From assembly GCA_035221665.1 (NCBI GenBank), contig CM069137.1, positions 25,420,001 to 25,484,000 of the forward strand: DNA of 64,000 nt, written 5' to 3'. The stretch's first letter is position 1; each line of letters starts with the position of its first letter. This document shows, in pieces, positions 12,956 to 26,200 of this stretch. The notes beneath the pieces were generated by a model. The model ran no database searches and was not told the origin of the DNA. It saw nothing but the letters and a program-made list of their open reading frames with translations. The DNA is from Okamejei kenojei. Taxonomy: Eukaryota. The translations under genes were made by a program, and so were the position numbers.

Positions 12956-14466
12956 TCTTACCACTTAAATATGTTTGAAAAAGTTCAATGGGAACAAATG
13001 GGAGTATTTTTGTATAAATTATTTTCAATAAACCGAGTAGAATCATTGAAACAATTATACATTAACGGTTGTACATATTGAATCACATCAGAAAAGCTAC
13101 GCAAGTATTTTCTTAAAGTGAGCTGTTTGTGAAAATAATTGAAAAGTAATAACTAATAAAATAGCATATAGACAAAAAACACTGAAATTAGAAATGGGTG
13201 GTTGAGATTATTTTGAGCTCATATATCCTCATCTATTTGTAACTCATAATCAACTATAAGAACCCAGATACATTTTTGCTGGGAAATACAGTTGGTTGTT
13301 CCCAATTAGAAGATCATATCTATCAATCTTTCTCTGTCTGCACATAATAACTCAGGATGGCTTCATTAATTTTTTATTACATATCCAGATCAGTTTGTTT
13401 CCTCCCATGCATTCTCCCCCTGAATTTTGCCTCTGAATAAAAGCACCAACATGCACAACTTTTCTTTTGTTATGCTAAGACTGGAGTCCAGAAATTATTG
13501 TTTGTCATTTTAATATGTATACACAGGCCCTGATTTATGGGGTTTGTTTCTTATTTTAATAGAGGCATTTTCCTCAGTTTTACTAATAGGTTTTGTGCAT
13601 TTTAATCTTTTGTGAAAAATAAATCTTACAGAATTTATTCTCTCCAGTTTTCCAGCAGTTTCGTTACACAACTGATGTGTTATCTTGCACAAAACATCTG
13701 CAATTTGAGGACATTTTTTTTTACAAAGTACAAATTGATTTATTGTCAGATTATGGCTAACATCAGCTGGAGTGTGTAAAAGTGTGTTGAAATCTGAACT
13801 GAGAGGGTAGCTATTTGTACAGGGAGTTAACCATCAATGACTTATGTGCTGTTAAAGAATCATTTATCCAGTGGAAGTTAAATTTTAGAGCATGAGACAA
13901 TGCCTCAACACTACCCACATGACCAAACCTTCATTTGCACCACAAATCTATATCTTAAGTTGAAAAACCTAATCAAATTGAAAATAATTGTCCCTGCCAC
14001 AGCATATATTTGTGTAATACATGTTTTGAAAATAATAGATACTATGTTAATTAGCATTTCAGTAAAAAGACAAAAAGGATTGAGTAGAACTGGATTTGAC
14101 ATTTATAAGTACGGAGGAGACTTTACAATCCTTGCAACATATACTTTTTTAGGGTGGTTTAAGACTCCATGATGCCAGCAACAACATTACTCACAGTTAT
14201 GTCATAGATTTAAGAAGACCATGGTTTTCTTACAATACTGAATACCACAGGCAATGGAATCCCAAATTCCAATCAATGATTGCCTCATTATTTCAGTATA
14301 GACCCTTTAAATCAACATAGAGCCATGGAATTGTACCACATGGAAACAGGCTCTTTGCCCACTGCATTAATATCGACAATCAGGATTGTCTGTGCAGACA
14401 GCCTGCATCAATTCCATATACTTCTAAGCCCTGTTCTTTCAATCAGGCACGCAAATCGCTTTCAAA

Positions 14467-14672
14467 ACATAGCAACATAAAAACATAGAAAATAGGTGCA
14501 GGAGTAGGCCATTCAGCCCTTTGGGTCTGCACCGCCATTCAATATGATTATGGCTGATCATCCAAATCAGTATCCCGTACCTGCCTTCTCTCCATACCCC
14601 CTGATCCCCTTAGCCACAAGGGTCACATCTAACTCCCTCTTACATATAGCCAATGAACTGGCCTCAACTACC
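14467..14672 (-). mobile_element. CR1 3' UTR fragment
   Basis: Near-identical reverse complement of 60755-60953, with an aacatag tail. Confidence 0.9.
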
Positions 14673-15310
14673 TTGAGGGGGATGCTGTTTAGGGGGGGGG
14701 GGGGGGGGGAGATCGGAGGAAACCTTTTTTCAGTCACTTACCTCAACGGAGATGCGATTTTTCTCTGTGTCGCACCTCCTCCCCCCCTTTGCGGCCAACA
14801 ACGTGGAGTGGTGTGGCCTTTCCTGGCGACCGGCCCAGAGCTTCAAGCCGCAGGTGCGGTGCGGACTTACCATCGTGGGATATTTACCGAGGATCGCCAG
14901 TGTTGGAGCTCCGACCGCGGGGCCTGTGGACTTTAACACCGTCAAGCAGCGGTCTCCAGTAAGAAGAGGCCGCCTACGGAGCTCCATGCCGCGGACTGTT
15001 CCGATCCGTCCCGATGCCGGAGTTTCGATCATCCCGATGAGAGGGCTTGAAAAGCAGACCGTCGGCAACGGCCCCGTTCAAAGGTCCCAACCGCGAGTGA
15101 CCAAAGGAGGAAGATGACTGCACTTTATTGCCTTCCATCACAGTGAGGAATGTTGATTCCATTGTGGTGGATGTTTATGTTAAACTTTATTTTAAGTGCT
15201 ATGTGTATTTTTGCTGTTTACTTAGTATGGCTGTATGGTAACTCAAATTTCACTGTGCCTTAATTGGTACATGTGACAATTAAATTGAATCTTGACTCTT
15301 GATCTTGAAT
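14673..15310 (+). repeat. Unclassified CpG-rich interspersed repeat with LINE-like 3' tail
   Basis: Poly-G, CpG-rich body, ending cactgtgccttaattggtacatgtgacaattaaa-(tcttga)n. Confidence 0.55.
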
Positions 15311-15621
15311 TGTACACGCCAACCCACTATTTATTAAATCCAGTATTCCTGTGTACCCACTACACATGGTTGCTAGCTTTCTGTGTTTAATGTATAGGAC
15401 CCCTAAATCCCCTTGCCATGCAGATTTCTTCAATTTTACTTCATTCAAATAGTAATCGGTTTTATCATTCTTTCTTCCAAACTAAACACCATATTTTTCC
15501 ACAAATACTCCATTTGTAAAGTTTTGTGCATTCACTTAGCCCATTAATTCTATTTGTAAGTTGCCTATATCCAACTCACAACGTTCCTATCTTCTACATT
15601 TAAGTATCATCCACAAATCTG

Positions 15622-15925
15622 GTTTAGTTTAGTTTAGAGATACAGCGCGGAAACAGACCTTTTGGCCCACCAGGTCCACGTCGACCAGCGATCCCCGCAC
15701 CCTAACACTATCCTACACACACTAGGAACAATTTACAATTATACCAAGCCAAAGAGCCTACAAACCTCTATGCCTTTGGTGCGTGGGAGGAAACTGGAGA
15801 AAACCCAAGCAAGTCATGGGGAGAATGTACAAACTCTGTACCAACAAACACCTGCAGTCAGGATCGAACCCGGGTCTCTGGCGTTGTAAGGCAGCATCTC
15901 TTCCACTGTGACATCGTGCCACCCT
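15622..15925 (-). mobile_element. V-SINE (HE1-like) inserted in an old CR1 fragment
   Basis: (gttta)n tail and caggatcgaacccgggtctctggcgttgtaaggcagc head; flanks are decayed CR1 RT. Confidence 0.85.
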
Positions 15926-16398
15926 TACATTCACATTCTTCTGCTAAATCATTAATATATGATTCCAGCACTGATCCCTGTAGTGGTTCATTAGTTACAG
16001 GTAATTAACCTGAAAATAATCTCATTATTTTTACCTGGTGCTAGATAGACAATCCTTTATGTACATCATCCAACACAATGACTGCAAATAACAATGTAAC
16101 CTTATTGATAAGTCTGAAAACTCAAGTATATTTCATCTACTGGTTCTCATCTATCCACTTTGACTGATACTTTGGCAAAACTGTAATAAATTTTGTTGGC
16201 AACAGCCAGCTGTGCTTTGATGCAGGACTTGTCAAGTAATTGCATGGGAAGGAATTCAATGGGAAATCTTCCTGACCTCCTGGGCTTCTCAAGAATCCAC
16301 TCTAACTTGGGAACTATGAGGTTTGTTTGATACCGATGCTGGGATTTATTACTGCTGAGGTTGCTTTGTTAATGTAAGTTATTATAAGTCACCACAAC

Positions 16399-16680
16399 TT
16401 AGAGTTGCTGCCTTACAGCGCTTGCAGCACCAGAGACTCGGGTTCGATCCCGACTATTGATGCTGTTAGTACAGAATTTGTACATTCTCCCTGTGCCCGT
16501 GTGGGTTATCTCCGAGATCTTCAGTTTCCCCCCACATTCCAAAGATGTACAGGTTTGTAGGTTAATTGGTTTAGTATAAATGTATAAATTGTCCCTTGTG
16601 TTTGTAGGATGGAGTTAATGTGCAAGAGCCTGTCTCCGGAATGAATCTCTAAACTAAACTAAACTGAACTAAACTAAACT
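16399..16680 (+). mobile_element. V-SINE (HE1-like), 5' clipped
   Basis: agagttgctgccttacagcg...ggttcgatccc B box, V domain, (aaact)n tail. Confidence 0.85.
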
Positions 16681-17504
16681 GACCCTAAGATGACATATGG
16701 ATGTAATGTATAAAAAGAGATTGAATAACAGTATAACTTTATGTACATCAATTGAAGGAAAAGTTTAAACCAGCTTTATTCTGCCATTAACTCTTTAGGA
16801 GCATAGAGTTTATGTAGAAAATACAATTTTTTGTTTATTTTTGCTGTTCCTTTAAAAAATATACAAAAAAATGACTCGTTTATTTTAATAAAGTTTACAA
16901 AGGTTATTTTTTTCAATGTTTTCAATGATTTGCTATGAATCAGCTCCATGTTTTGATTACATAAGTGCATTGTGGGTTGGTTAATATTTTGAATTTTACT
17001 ACAATTTCTAACAAATTTTGTTGGCAATAGCCAGCTGTGCTCTGATGCTGGACTTCTTAAATAATTGTGCTTAAATAAAGGGAAGGAATTCTATGGGAAA
17101 TTGTCCTGCTTAAACCGTCTTTTGACAAGGGGTCTCCAACCAGAAATGTTGAAACTGTTTGTCTTCCAACAGATACAACCTGACTTGCTTAGCACTTCCA
17201 GCATTTCTTACTTTTGCTTTAGACCCAGCATAGGTAGAGAAATTCATTTAAATGGTGGATCAATAGCTATGTGAGAGGAAATGAATTAATTATATAAGTA
17301 ATTTATATATTTTTTCAATATTGGTTTAATTTAAATGTCCCCTCTGCTTTTGTGTTTTTTCCAAAGCACAGAACCTTTTTTTAACTGATCAAATTATGTT
17401 AACACATTAGTTTAATCAATTTTTAATGAAGGAATTATATTTAACATAACCTGAACCTTTGTTCTATTTTAAAAAAAAGGTTCAGTTTTAACTGGGAGGT
17501 TGAG

Positions 17505-17840
17505 CAGAGTATATAAAATTATGAGTCATAGATAGGGTAGTCAGTCAAAACTTTTTCCCAGTGTGGAAATTACAAAGAGATCACATGTCAAAGGGCATAG
17601 CTTTAAGGTGAGAGGGGCGACATTTAAAGGAGGTGTACAGGGGAAGTCTTTTTCTTCAGAGAGTGGTGGGTGCCTGGAATGTGCTACCCGGAGAGGTGGT
17701 GGAGGCAGTTTTAGATAGCCATGTGAATATGCTAAAAAGGGAGGGATATGGATGAGATGTACCAGCAGAGATTAATTTAACTTGGCATCATGTTCAGCGC
17801 AGACATTGTGGGCCAAAGGGCCTGTTCCTGTGCTGTAATA
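17505..17840 (+). mobile_element. CR1 3' fragment
   Basis: gggcatagctttaaggtgag...agagtggtgggtgcctggaat...gggcctgttcctgtgctgt. Confidence 0.75.
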
Positions 17841-20800
17841 TTTAATATTTTAATAATGTTTCTGGATTAATCATATATTCCATATTGAACAGGTTTATTT
17901 TAATGTTTCATGATATCAAAGATGTTCCCAAATATTAAAACTCTCATTGCTCATTCAGTCATCAAAGTATTTCAGTAAGTTTTATGATGGGAAGTCCCTG
18001 TATAACACTGTGCATCATGATGGGAAAGCCCTCAATGACCATAGCAGATCTAGGTTTGTCTTGAAAGGTCCTGGTGGAGGATACACTCAAGGTAAGCATT
18101 GGAAGTGTGGGAACATTTGCGCTCCCAGGAAATTCCTACATTAAAAATTGATTAAACTAATGTGTTGCCGTAATTTGATCAGTTAATAATTGACACCATA
18201 CTCAATAATATTTAATCTTGGCAGTAGCTCCGTGAAAATGCAGTCAATTGATTAAAGTTAAAGGCAATTTTCTCACTATTAGGTTAAGCCTTTAAAGGAT
18301 GTACTGTTACAGGTTAGAGTGACTGTTTATTTAAGCTATCAAAAAAAATCAGTGCCGGCACTTTACAGCTGCTCATTGTTAGAAAAGTCCAAATAACTGG
18401 GAATGAACAGTTGCAGCTGTGTGCCGATATTATCCTGGGATAATTCACACGTAGATTGATGCCATTTTATAAAATGATCATAGACTTTATTGCATTTTGC
18501 TTTGCAATACCAAAAGGAGTATTTTTATCATTTCAAAAACAAATATATATCTTGGGAACATTTTAGCACCAGTCGATATTCAAAATGTAAACTACACATC
18601 ATAGATGTGATGCGTTCATCGTTTTATCATCCTTCCAAAGTGATTTCAGGAAAGGAAACAGACTTACATGATGGAATGTGGGAAATTATTGTGAAACCAT
18701 GTCCAACCCACTTAAACCTGGGCTGTAATTCCTTGGCAAGACTTGAATGCTGAACTTTGCATTTCAGCTCAAGCTTTTGCTTAAATGATCGTACTTAAGT
18801 CTTTTCCATCTATCAGTGGATCATTGGTAAGTCACACAGGACAAGGAGAGGAAACCTTTCAGTCACACACTTGCAAATGTGTTCAAATCACAAGAGATAG
18901 ATTTTCTGTGAAAAATAAACAATTCTGTGCAGCAATGAGGGAAGTTTTCCCACATGATGGCACTTCCTGTCATCTGTGCACCATGAGTCAAAGTCTATTT
19001 TTAGCAATAGTAGTTCTGCTTCCAGTTACCACAGTGAGTATTTCACTGCCAAAAACAATCCAAATTTAACAATTTTATTGCAAGAATATTCATCCCAGTT
19101 GCGTTGATCAAAAGGAGTGGAACTAAGAGAAGCCGGAATTGAGTTGATTTTTTTAAAACTTTGTTTTTGTAGTGAAACATACTTCTTTGATTGGGGTTTT
19201 GATCACCTGTTCCAATATGTCCTTATGTGTCAGGTTTGAAGTGAAATTTGAAAGCAGTGGCCAAGATGGGCAAGAAACCACTCTAATTTTGGAACTATGA
19301 GGCTTGTTTGATATTGATGCTGGGATCTTTTACTGCTAAGGTTGCCTAAATAATGGAAGCTATTATAAGGGACTGCAACTAACCCTAAGATGGAATACGG
19401 GAGTAATGTACAAAGTTGATTGAATAGTGGTATAACTTAGTTCAGACTAAAGGAAAAGTTTAAATCAGCAATATTGTTAGTAACTCTATGTCTTTAGTGG
19501 TAGTGTTTATGTAGAAAATAACATTTATGTCAATTGTTTCTTTTCCTTTGAAAAATATACACAAAATGATTTTCAACTCTCGATTATCCTATTGAATATT
19601 GCAAAGGTTATTTTTTCCACTATTTTCAATGATTTGCATCTATCAATCTATGAGATAGCTTCATGTTTTGATTACATAAGTGTGGTATGGATTGGTTAAT
19701 CTCTTGAATCTTACTACAATCTATCTTATAACAGCCATTATTCTGAGCAACAGTTATTCTTGCTCAACAGAGCAATTCTGAATGCTTGCATGAACATTGG
19801 TTGATCTTGAAAGAGCCATATGCATTCTTAAAGTGAAAAGCACACATCTCCCTTCTTCATTAGGACACTATAATGTATTTAATATTGTTTATCCCAGTTA
19901 GAAAATTAGCTGCCAATTTAATCGGACAGTCGGTCCATATTTCATATATAGCAAAATTGAGTAAAATTTCCTTTGGTTCATTAACTGGGAAAGCTGGATC
20001 TGTGCAAATGTAGGTAGGTAAGAATGTTTAGTGGAGATGTTTGCCATTAGTGGCCTTAGTGTGGTGGCATGTGTCCTACTTGTTTAAAATATTTCTAATA
20101 TTCCATCATTAAATTCCTGTCATGAACCCTATTTTTTTTTAATTTGGTAGTTGGTAATAATTCACCAGTGTCAGAATAAAGCAAAGTGGTCCCACAATGA
20201 CAACTATGAAAACATTCTGTCACATTAACTTAATGTGGTTAAAGATATTCTTAAAGAGATATTAGTGAAGTTTCAATCACTTGAGCACTGTAACACTATG
20301 GACCATTCTAACCATCCTGCTGCCTGTAATTTTCATCAGAAATCGAGGTGAAACTTCCAGTTTATTTTTAAGCTTATTTTAACTTGGCCTTCTAAATATG
20401 TGGGAAAAAAAACAGTGAGAACCGTCCATGAATATGTAGACTGAGCTTCCAATTGCATGATTGGGTCCCCACAGTCATTTGAATTAGTAGTCTGATGCTT
20501 AGCTATCAGATTAAGCTAACTGGGTAAAGAGCTATGGCTGGAAGCTGCCCAAACAAGTTAGTGCCTTCCTGGAAGATCTTATTTCCTCTGTTTGAGGCTC
20601 CATTCTCCTTTTGTCCCTTTTGAATCCTACACCTCTCTCTTCCTCACTCTCATTAACTTATCAATGCTTCTCGGCTTGTTACTTTGGTCCTCTCTGGCAC
20701 TTCCCACAGCATGAACCTTTGCTCATGCCCTTTGGCCACTTGCCACATCTTATTGTTTTTGCTGGGTAATTGACTGGAAGTATGCAGATGGAGTTTTTAG

Positions 20801-21092
20801 GAGTGAACCTGATTTTCTGGGCATTTCTGTTCCTGATCGTCCAATTTTCAACCCCAAATTTAAATTGGGGCTTTAAAATGTCAATTTGATAAAAGAAAAT
20901 TGTTTCATTAAGGTAAATCTGAAACCCATAAAGTCACCTGAAAGTATTTTTGTTGATAAATAAATGATCAGTATTATTAAACAATGTAAATGTAGCGAAG
21001 AATATATCATATTGTATCATAAAAATCACAAACAGGTGATGTGTCACTTATTTTCTTTGTAATCTAAATGTATGCAGTTAACCTTAATACAA

Positions 21093-23190
21093 ACATAGAA
21101 AGATAGAAAATAGGTACAGGAGGAGGCCATTTAGCACTTCAAGTCTGCACCGCCATTTATTGTGATCGTGGCTGATCGTCCACAATCAGTAAAGGGCCTG
21201 TCCCACTGTACGAAGTAATTCAAGAGCTCTCCCGAGTTTAAAAAAAAGAAACTCGTGGTAAGTACGTAGAATGTACGTAGCGGCTAAATCGGAGGTCGTG
21301 GATGTCTCGTAGCGGCTCGTAATGCTAACGGCAGGTAGTCGGGAAACGCGGAAACTCGTGAAGTTTTTTCAGCACTGTGAAAAATGTCCACAAGAGCCCC
21401 GAGTACCTACGAACAGCTATTACCGTAATTCGCCGAGTTCGAATCAGGGGAAACTCGGGAGAACTCTTGAATTACCTTGTACAGTGGGACAGGCCCTTAA
21501 CCCGTGCCTGCCTTCTCCCCATATCCCTTGATTCCACTAGCCCCTAGAGCTCTATCTAACTCTCTTCTAAATTCATCCAGTGAATTGGCCTCTACTGCCT
21601 TCTGTGGCAGAGAATTCCATAATTTCACAACTCTCTGGGTGAAAAAGTATTTTCTCATCTCAGTTTTAAATGGCCTCCCCTTTATTCTTAGACCTGGCTC
21701 TGGACTCCCCCAACATTGGATTGTTCCTGCATCTAGCTTGTCCGATCCTTTTATTATTTTGTATGTTTCTATAAGATCCCCTCTCATCCAGTGAATACAA
21801 GCCCAGTCTTTCCAACCTTTCCTCATATGACTGACTTGCCATCCCGGGGATTAACCTTGTGAACCTATTGCCTCAATAGCAAGGATGTCCTTCCACAAAG
21901 TAAGGGGACCAAAACTGCACACAATACTCCAGTTGTGGTCTCACCAGGGCCATGTATAACTGCAGAAGGACCTCTTTACTCCTATATTCAAATCCTCTCA
22001 TTATGAAGGCCAACATGCCATTAGCTTTCTTCACTGCCTGCTGTACCTGCATGTTTACTTTCAGTGACTGGTGTACAAGGACACCCAGGTCTCATTGCAT
22101 TTTCCTTTTTCCTAATCTGACACCATTGAGATAATAATCAGCCTCCTTGATCTTGCCGCCAAAGTGGATAACCTCATATTTATCTACATTATATTGCATC
22201 TGCCCACTCACTCAACCTGCCCAAATCACCCTACAACCTCCTAGCATCCTCTACGCAGTTCACACTGCCACCCAGCTTTGTGTCATCTGCAAATTTGATG
22301 GTGCTACTTTTAATCCCACATTATTATATATTGTAAATAGTTGCAGCCCCAGCACCGAGCCTTGCAACACTCCACTCACCACTACCTGCCATTCGGACAG
22401 GGACCCGTTTATTCCTGCTCTTTGTTTCCTGTCTGCCAACCAATCTCTCTCCATGTCAACACCCTACCCCCAATTACATGTGTTCTAATTTTGCCCACTA
22501 ATCCCCCCTGTGAGACCTTATCAAAGGCTTTCTGAAAGTCCAGATACAGTACATCCACTGGCTCTCCTTCATCCATTTTACTTGTCACTTCCTCAAAAAA
22601 TTCCAGACGATTAGTCATGCTGGACTTCTCCTTCATAAATCCATGCTGACTTGGACCAATTCTTTTACTGCTATCCAAATGCACCATTATTACATCTTTA
22701 ATAATTGACTGCAGCATTTTCTCCACCACCGATGTCAGGCTAACTGGTCTATAATTTCCCGTTTTCTCTCTCGCTCCTTTGTTGAAAAGTGGGATAGCAT
22801 TAGCTACCCTCCAATCTACAGGAAATGATCCAGAATCAATAGAACATTGGAAGATAATCACCAATGCGTTCACGGTTTCTGGAGCCACCTCCTTGAGTAC
22901 CCTGGTATGCAGACCATCAGGCCCTGGGGATTTATCAGTCTTCAGTCCCATCAGTCTATCGAATACTATTACTCACCTAATCCTAATTTATTTCAGTTCC
23001 TCTCTCTCCCTAGATCCTCTGTCCTCTAGTACACCTGGGAGATTGTTTGTGTCTTCCTTAGTGAATTCAGAACCGAAGTACCTGTTCAACTCTTTGCCAT
23101 TTCCTTGTTCCACATAATAATCTCACCTGTTTCTGCCTTCAAGGGACCCACATTTGTCTTTACTAATCTTTTTCTCTTAACACACCTAAA
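21093..23190 (-). mobile_element. 5'-truncated CR1 LINE (RT region plus 3' UTR), decayed
   Basis: ORFs 22409..22951, 22260..22454 and 21497..21826 (KSPGPDG, NYRPVSLTS, QHGF, LDFQKAFDKV, QGSVLG). Confidence 0.95.
21193..21497. mobile_element. PIF/Harbinger-type MITE (305 bp)
   Basis: 47-bp TIRs agggcctgtcccactgtac... with 3 mismatches; TAA duplicated at 21190-21192 and 21498-21500; sits in a CR1 3' UTR. Confidence 0.9.
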
Positions 23191-23245
23191 GAATCTTTTT
23201 CTCTTAACGTACCTAAATAATATTTTTCTCTTAATGTACCTAAAT
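23165..23245. repeat. 27-bp unit x3 at CR1 5' junction
   Basis: aatctttttctcttaac(a/g)(c/t)acctaaa(g/t) repeated three times. Confidence 0.85.
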
Positions 23246-26200
23246 ATACTTAATAGTAGAAAATAAGTGATTCTGAAAAGTTTGCCAGCAATTCTTGGGA
23301 AAATAAAACAGGTTAATGGACAGGATATTATGCAATATGAAATTTGGAACTGCTCCTATGAATTTCACTTCAGATAACCATAACAAAAACATACTTATAT
23401 GCAGATAAAATGTTGAAAACAACTCCATGGACAGCTTGACTGTCTTCAGCTGATTAACAACATGTTGTGCAGGTCACTGATATATAGAGATACCTATTGT
23501 AACTTGTGCGCCAGAGATGGAAATTATATAATGTATGTAAATGTACATTGAGCTCCAGGGCATCAACTATCCTTTAATCTATTCCAGTTTTTCAACTCTG
23601 CCGATCCATTTGAGGGAACATGCTCTATATGAAAAATAGGATTTACTTTTTTCAGCATTCTAACTCTGTTTGTTCAATACAAAAGCATAAAATGTGCAAA
23701 ATGAATCAGAGGACAATAATCAGATTCATCTGGCTAATAGGCAATTGTGAAACTCAAATCATCAGTGACAAAAAAAAATGTGATTGTTATAACAAATAAA
23801 CATTTCCAAAGCCACAGGAAAAGAAGTCAGGACCCAAAGGTATAATTAATAATCATTTTAGTGGTTTCTTAACTGTTTGGAACATGAATCAGTGGGAGAA
23901 GAATCAAAGAGAAAGTTATATGATGAAAAGTGTTTGTTACAAAGGTCAGATCTCTGCCTGGCAAACTCTGTGAAAAAGCCTGGGAAAATACTGATCACAC
24001 ATACAGCCAACATATTTAAAGCCAATAACCTCCCCATTTCTTTAAACACACATCTACAAGTACCACTGGATACTGTCAAACAGAGACAGCAAAAGCACAA
24101 CAGCTGCTGGGCAAATGTAACTGGAAGATAATACTTGTCTATGACAAAATAATGGTGAACACAATTGAGTTTCCTGCCAAGGGCTAGATTAAAGATGGGT
24201 GACTTTCTGATCCCGGATGTGGCTTATTGGCATCAATCTCAAACATGAACTCCTTTGCATATCCTTACTATTGAAGATCCAATTCTCTTCAAAAGGAGGC
24301 ATCTAGAATAATTGGCAGAACATTTACAGTTCCCTGAAAAGTTGTCCTAATTTCTGAGGCACAAGAAAAATGTTTGCTGATATGCAAACTACCACGACAG
24401 TTTTAGTTGCTAACATACTCTGCAAGTGGAATGCATTTCCCTTGATTGCCAGCTTTAAGTTCAACATTTTTTAAGTAAAAAAAACTGAACAAACTAACGT
24501 TGATGATTCAATTTTTAATGTAAATTTAGGATAAAGATAAATATTAATTACTTTATTTACTGATACAAAAGCATTTGTGTTTTCCGGTATTTTTCCCATT
24601 TTCAGCTGGGTGGTCAATATTTAACTCACTGAGTATAGAAGTGTAAAATATATTACTGAAGTTGGGCAGTGATAATGTGATTTGTGGACTTGGTGAATGA
24701 GATACCAGAGGAATTGTCATCCTAAAATAAATAGGCAGACCTCCCCACGTATTACATTGTAAATTCCACTGTATTTTACTTGAAATATAATTGCACATTC
24801 AAATGGTGTTAATATGCTGTCACAGGCATAGTCTCAGGTTAAAGGGTTAACTATTTAGGACTGAGAAGAGAACACTTTCTTTGCATGGAGGGTTGTAAAT
24901 CTTCATTGAATGTATTAAAGGCTGAGACTGATTGTGATGTTGGACGTCAGTGGATGTGCTGCTCAGGCAGGGAAGTTGATGAGACAGAATCAGCCTGCTT
25001 GAAAGGTGTACAGCTTACCTCTAGTTTCACGTCATATGATCTTCAATTCTTACACTGCCTGTACATGGCCTGAATAAAGACCAGTGACCTGCTCATCTGT
25101 TTTTGATTACGGAGCAAAAAACCTCAATAGCTATAGTTAAATGTAGATTAATGTACTAGTGTGGCAAGTTGTATTCATATTTGGATCCAGATTTGAATGA
25201 GATGAAGATTCCTATAACATCTGGACAGGTGATGTCTGCTTCTGATTGTTTCTTTTTTCATTTCAAGCATATCTTCTAGAAAAGAAATTACTCTTTCTAA
25301 TCCAAAATATTATGTACCGCATTTGAAACTTTTTTTTGTTGTTCCCTAAGAAATTCTTACGTCATAGTTTACAATTGAATCAATCGATCAGGGGTACGAG
25401 CCATGTTCTGACCTGCAAGCATGCTACCCTTCAATAGATCGGGTATGAAATGCAAAGTATGTACCTGCAGCAAGACTTATTCAACTCAACATTGAAGGCT
25501 GTACTGCAAAGGCAATTTTGTGGTCCTCACATTAAAAAATTGTTGGTTGCAACAAGGAACTTTCAAATGAATTTTTGAATTAGATTGCGAAGTGAAAGAA
25601 ATTAACTGTCTTTTGTTCTCTGATCACCTGTGATTTTGCCCTTTACAAGCCTTGCAAATCCACAAAGAAGTAGTAATGGTTCCATCAAATCAGGATTCAT
25701 TCACAAGCCTGTAGATATGTTGATGCTCAAACTAATGGTGGAGCAAAACCCATTCATATCTTCTCAAAATTCTGATAAACTCTGAATGTTCCAATTCCAA
25801 ACACTTCAACATGCAAATGGTGCCCACATTAAACATTATTCCTTGACATAAGCATGAGAAAAAAAAACTATTTTGTAGAATCACAGGAAAGAGACAAGGA
25901 TAAGATAAAGATTATACAATGAAAATGGTGCTCAGCAATCAAACTGTAATCTATGTGATCTTTATCTTATAAAATAAGAATGGCTCAAAGCAAACTTTAA
26001 CAACATGCAGGAGAGTTGCAGCTAGGATTGATCTCCTCTACACGTGGGAGCAGACTCCTTTGAGTTGCTGCCAGGAAGAGTTATGCTTAAAATCATCTCA
26101 AGTTAGAGATCTGTATGCGTGATTAATATTTAAGCAGATGGGGTGAATGCTTGTACAGATGGAAACAAGCTCCTCCAAGTGATAGTTGAAGTGAGCTGTG

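Noticed and set aside
14735-14760. acttacct...ggagat resemblance to the U1 snRNA 5' end
   Set aside because: Only about 14 matching nt; no further U1 stem-loops or Sm site.
16399-16460. tRNA-like sequence with B box ggttcgatccc
   Set aside because: It is a SINE head followed by a V domain and tail, not a tRNA gene.
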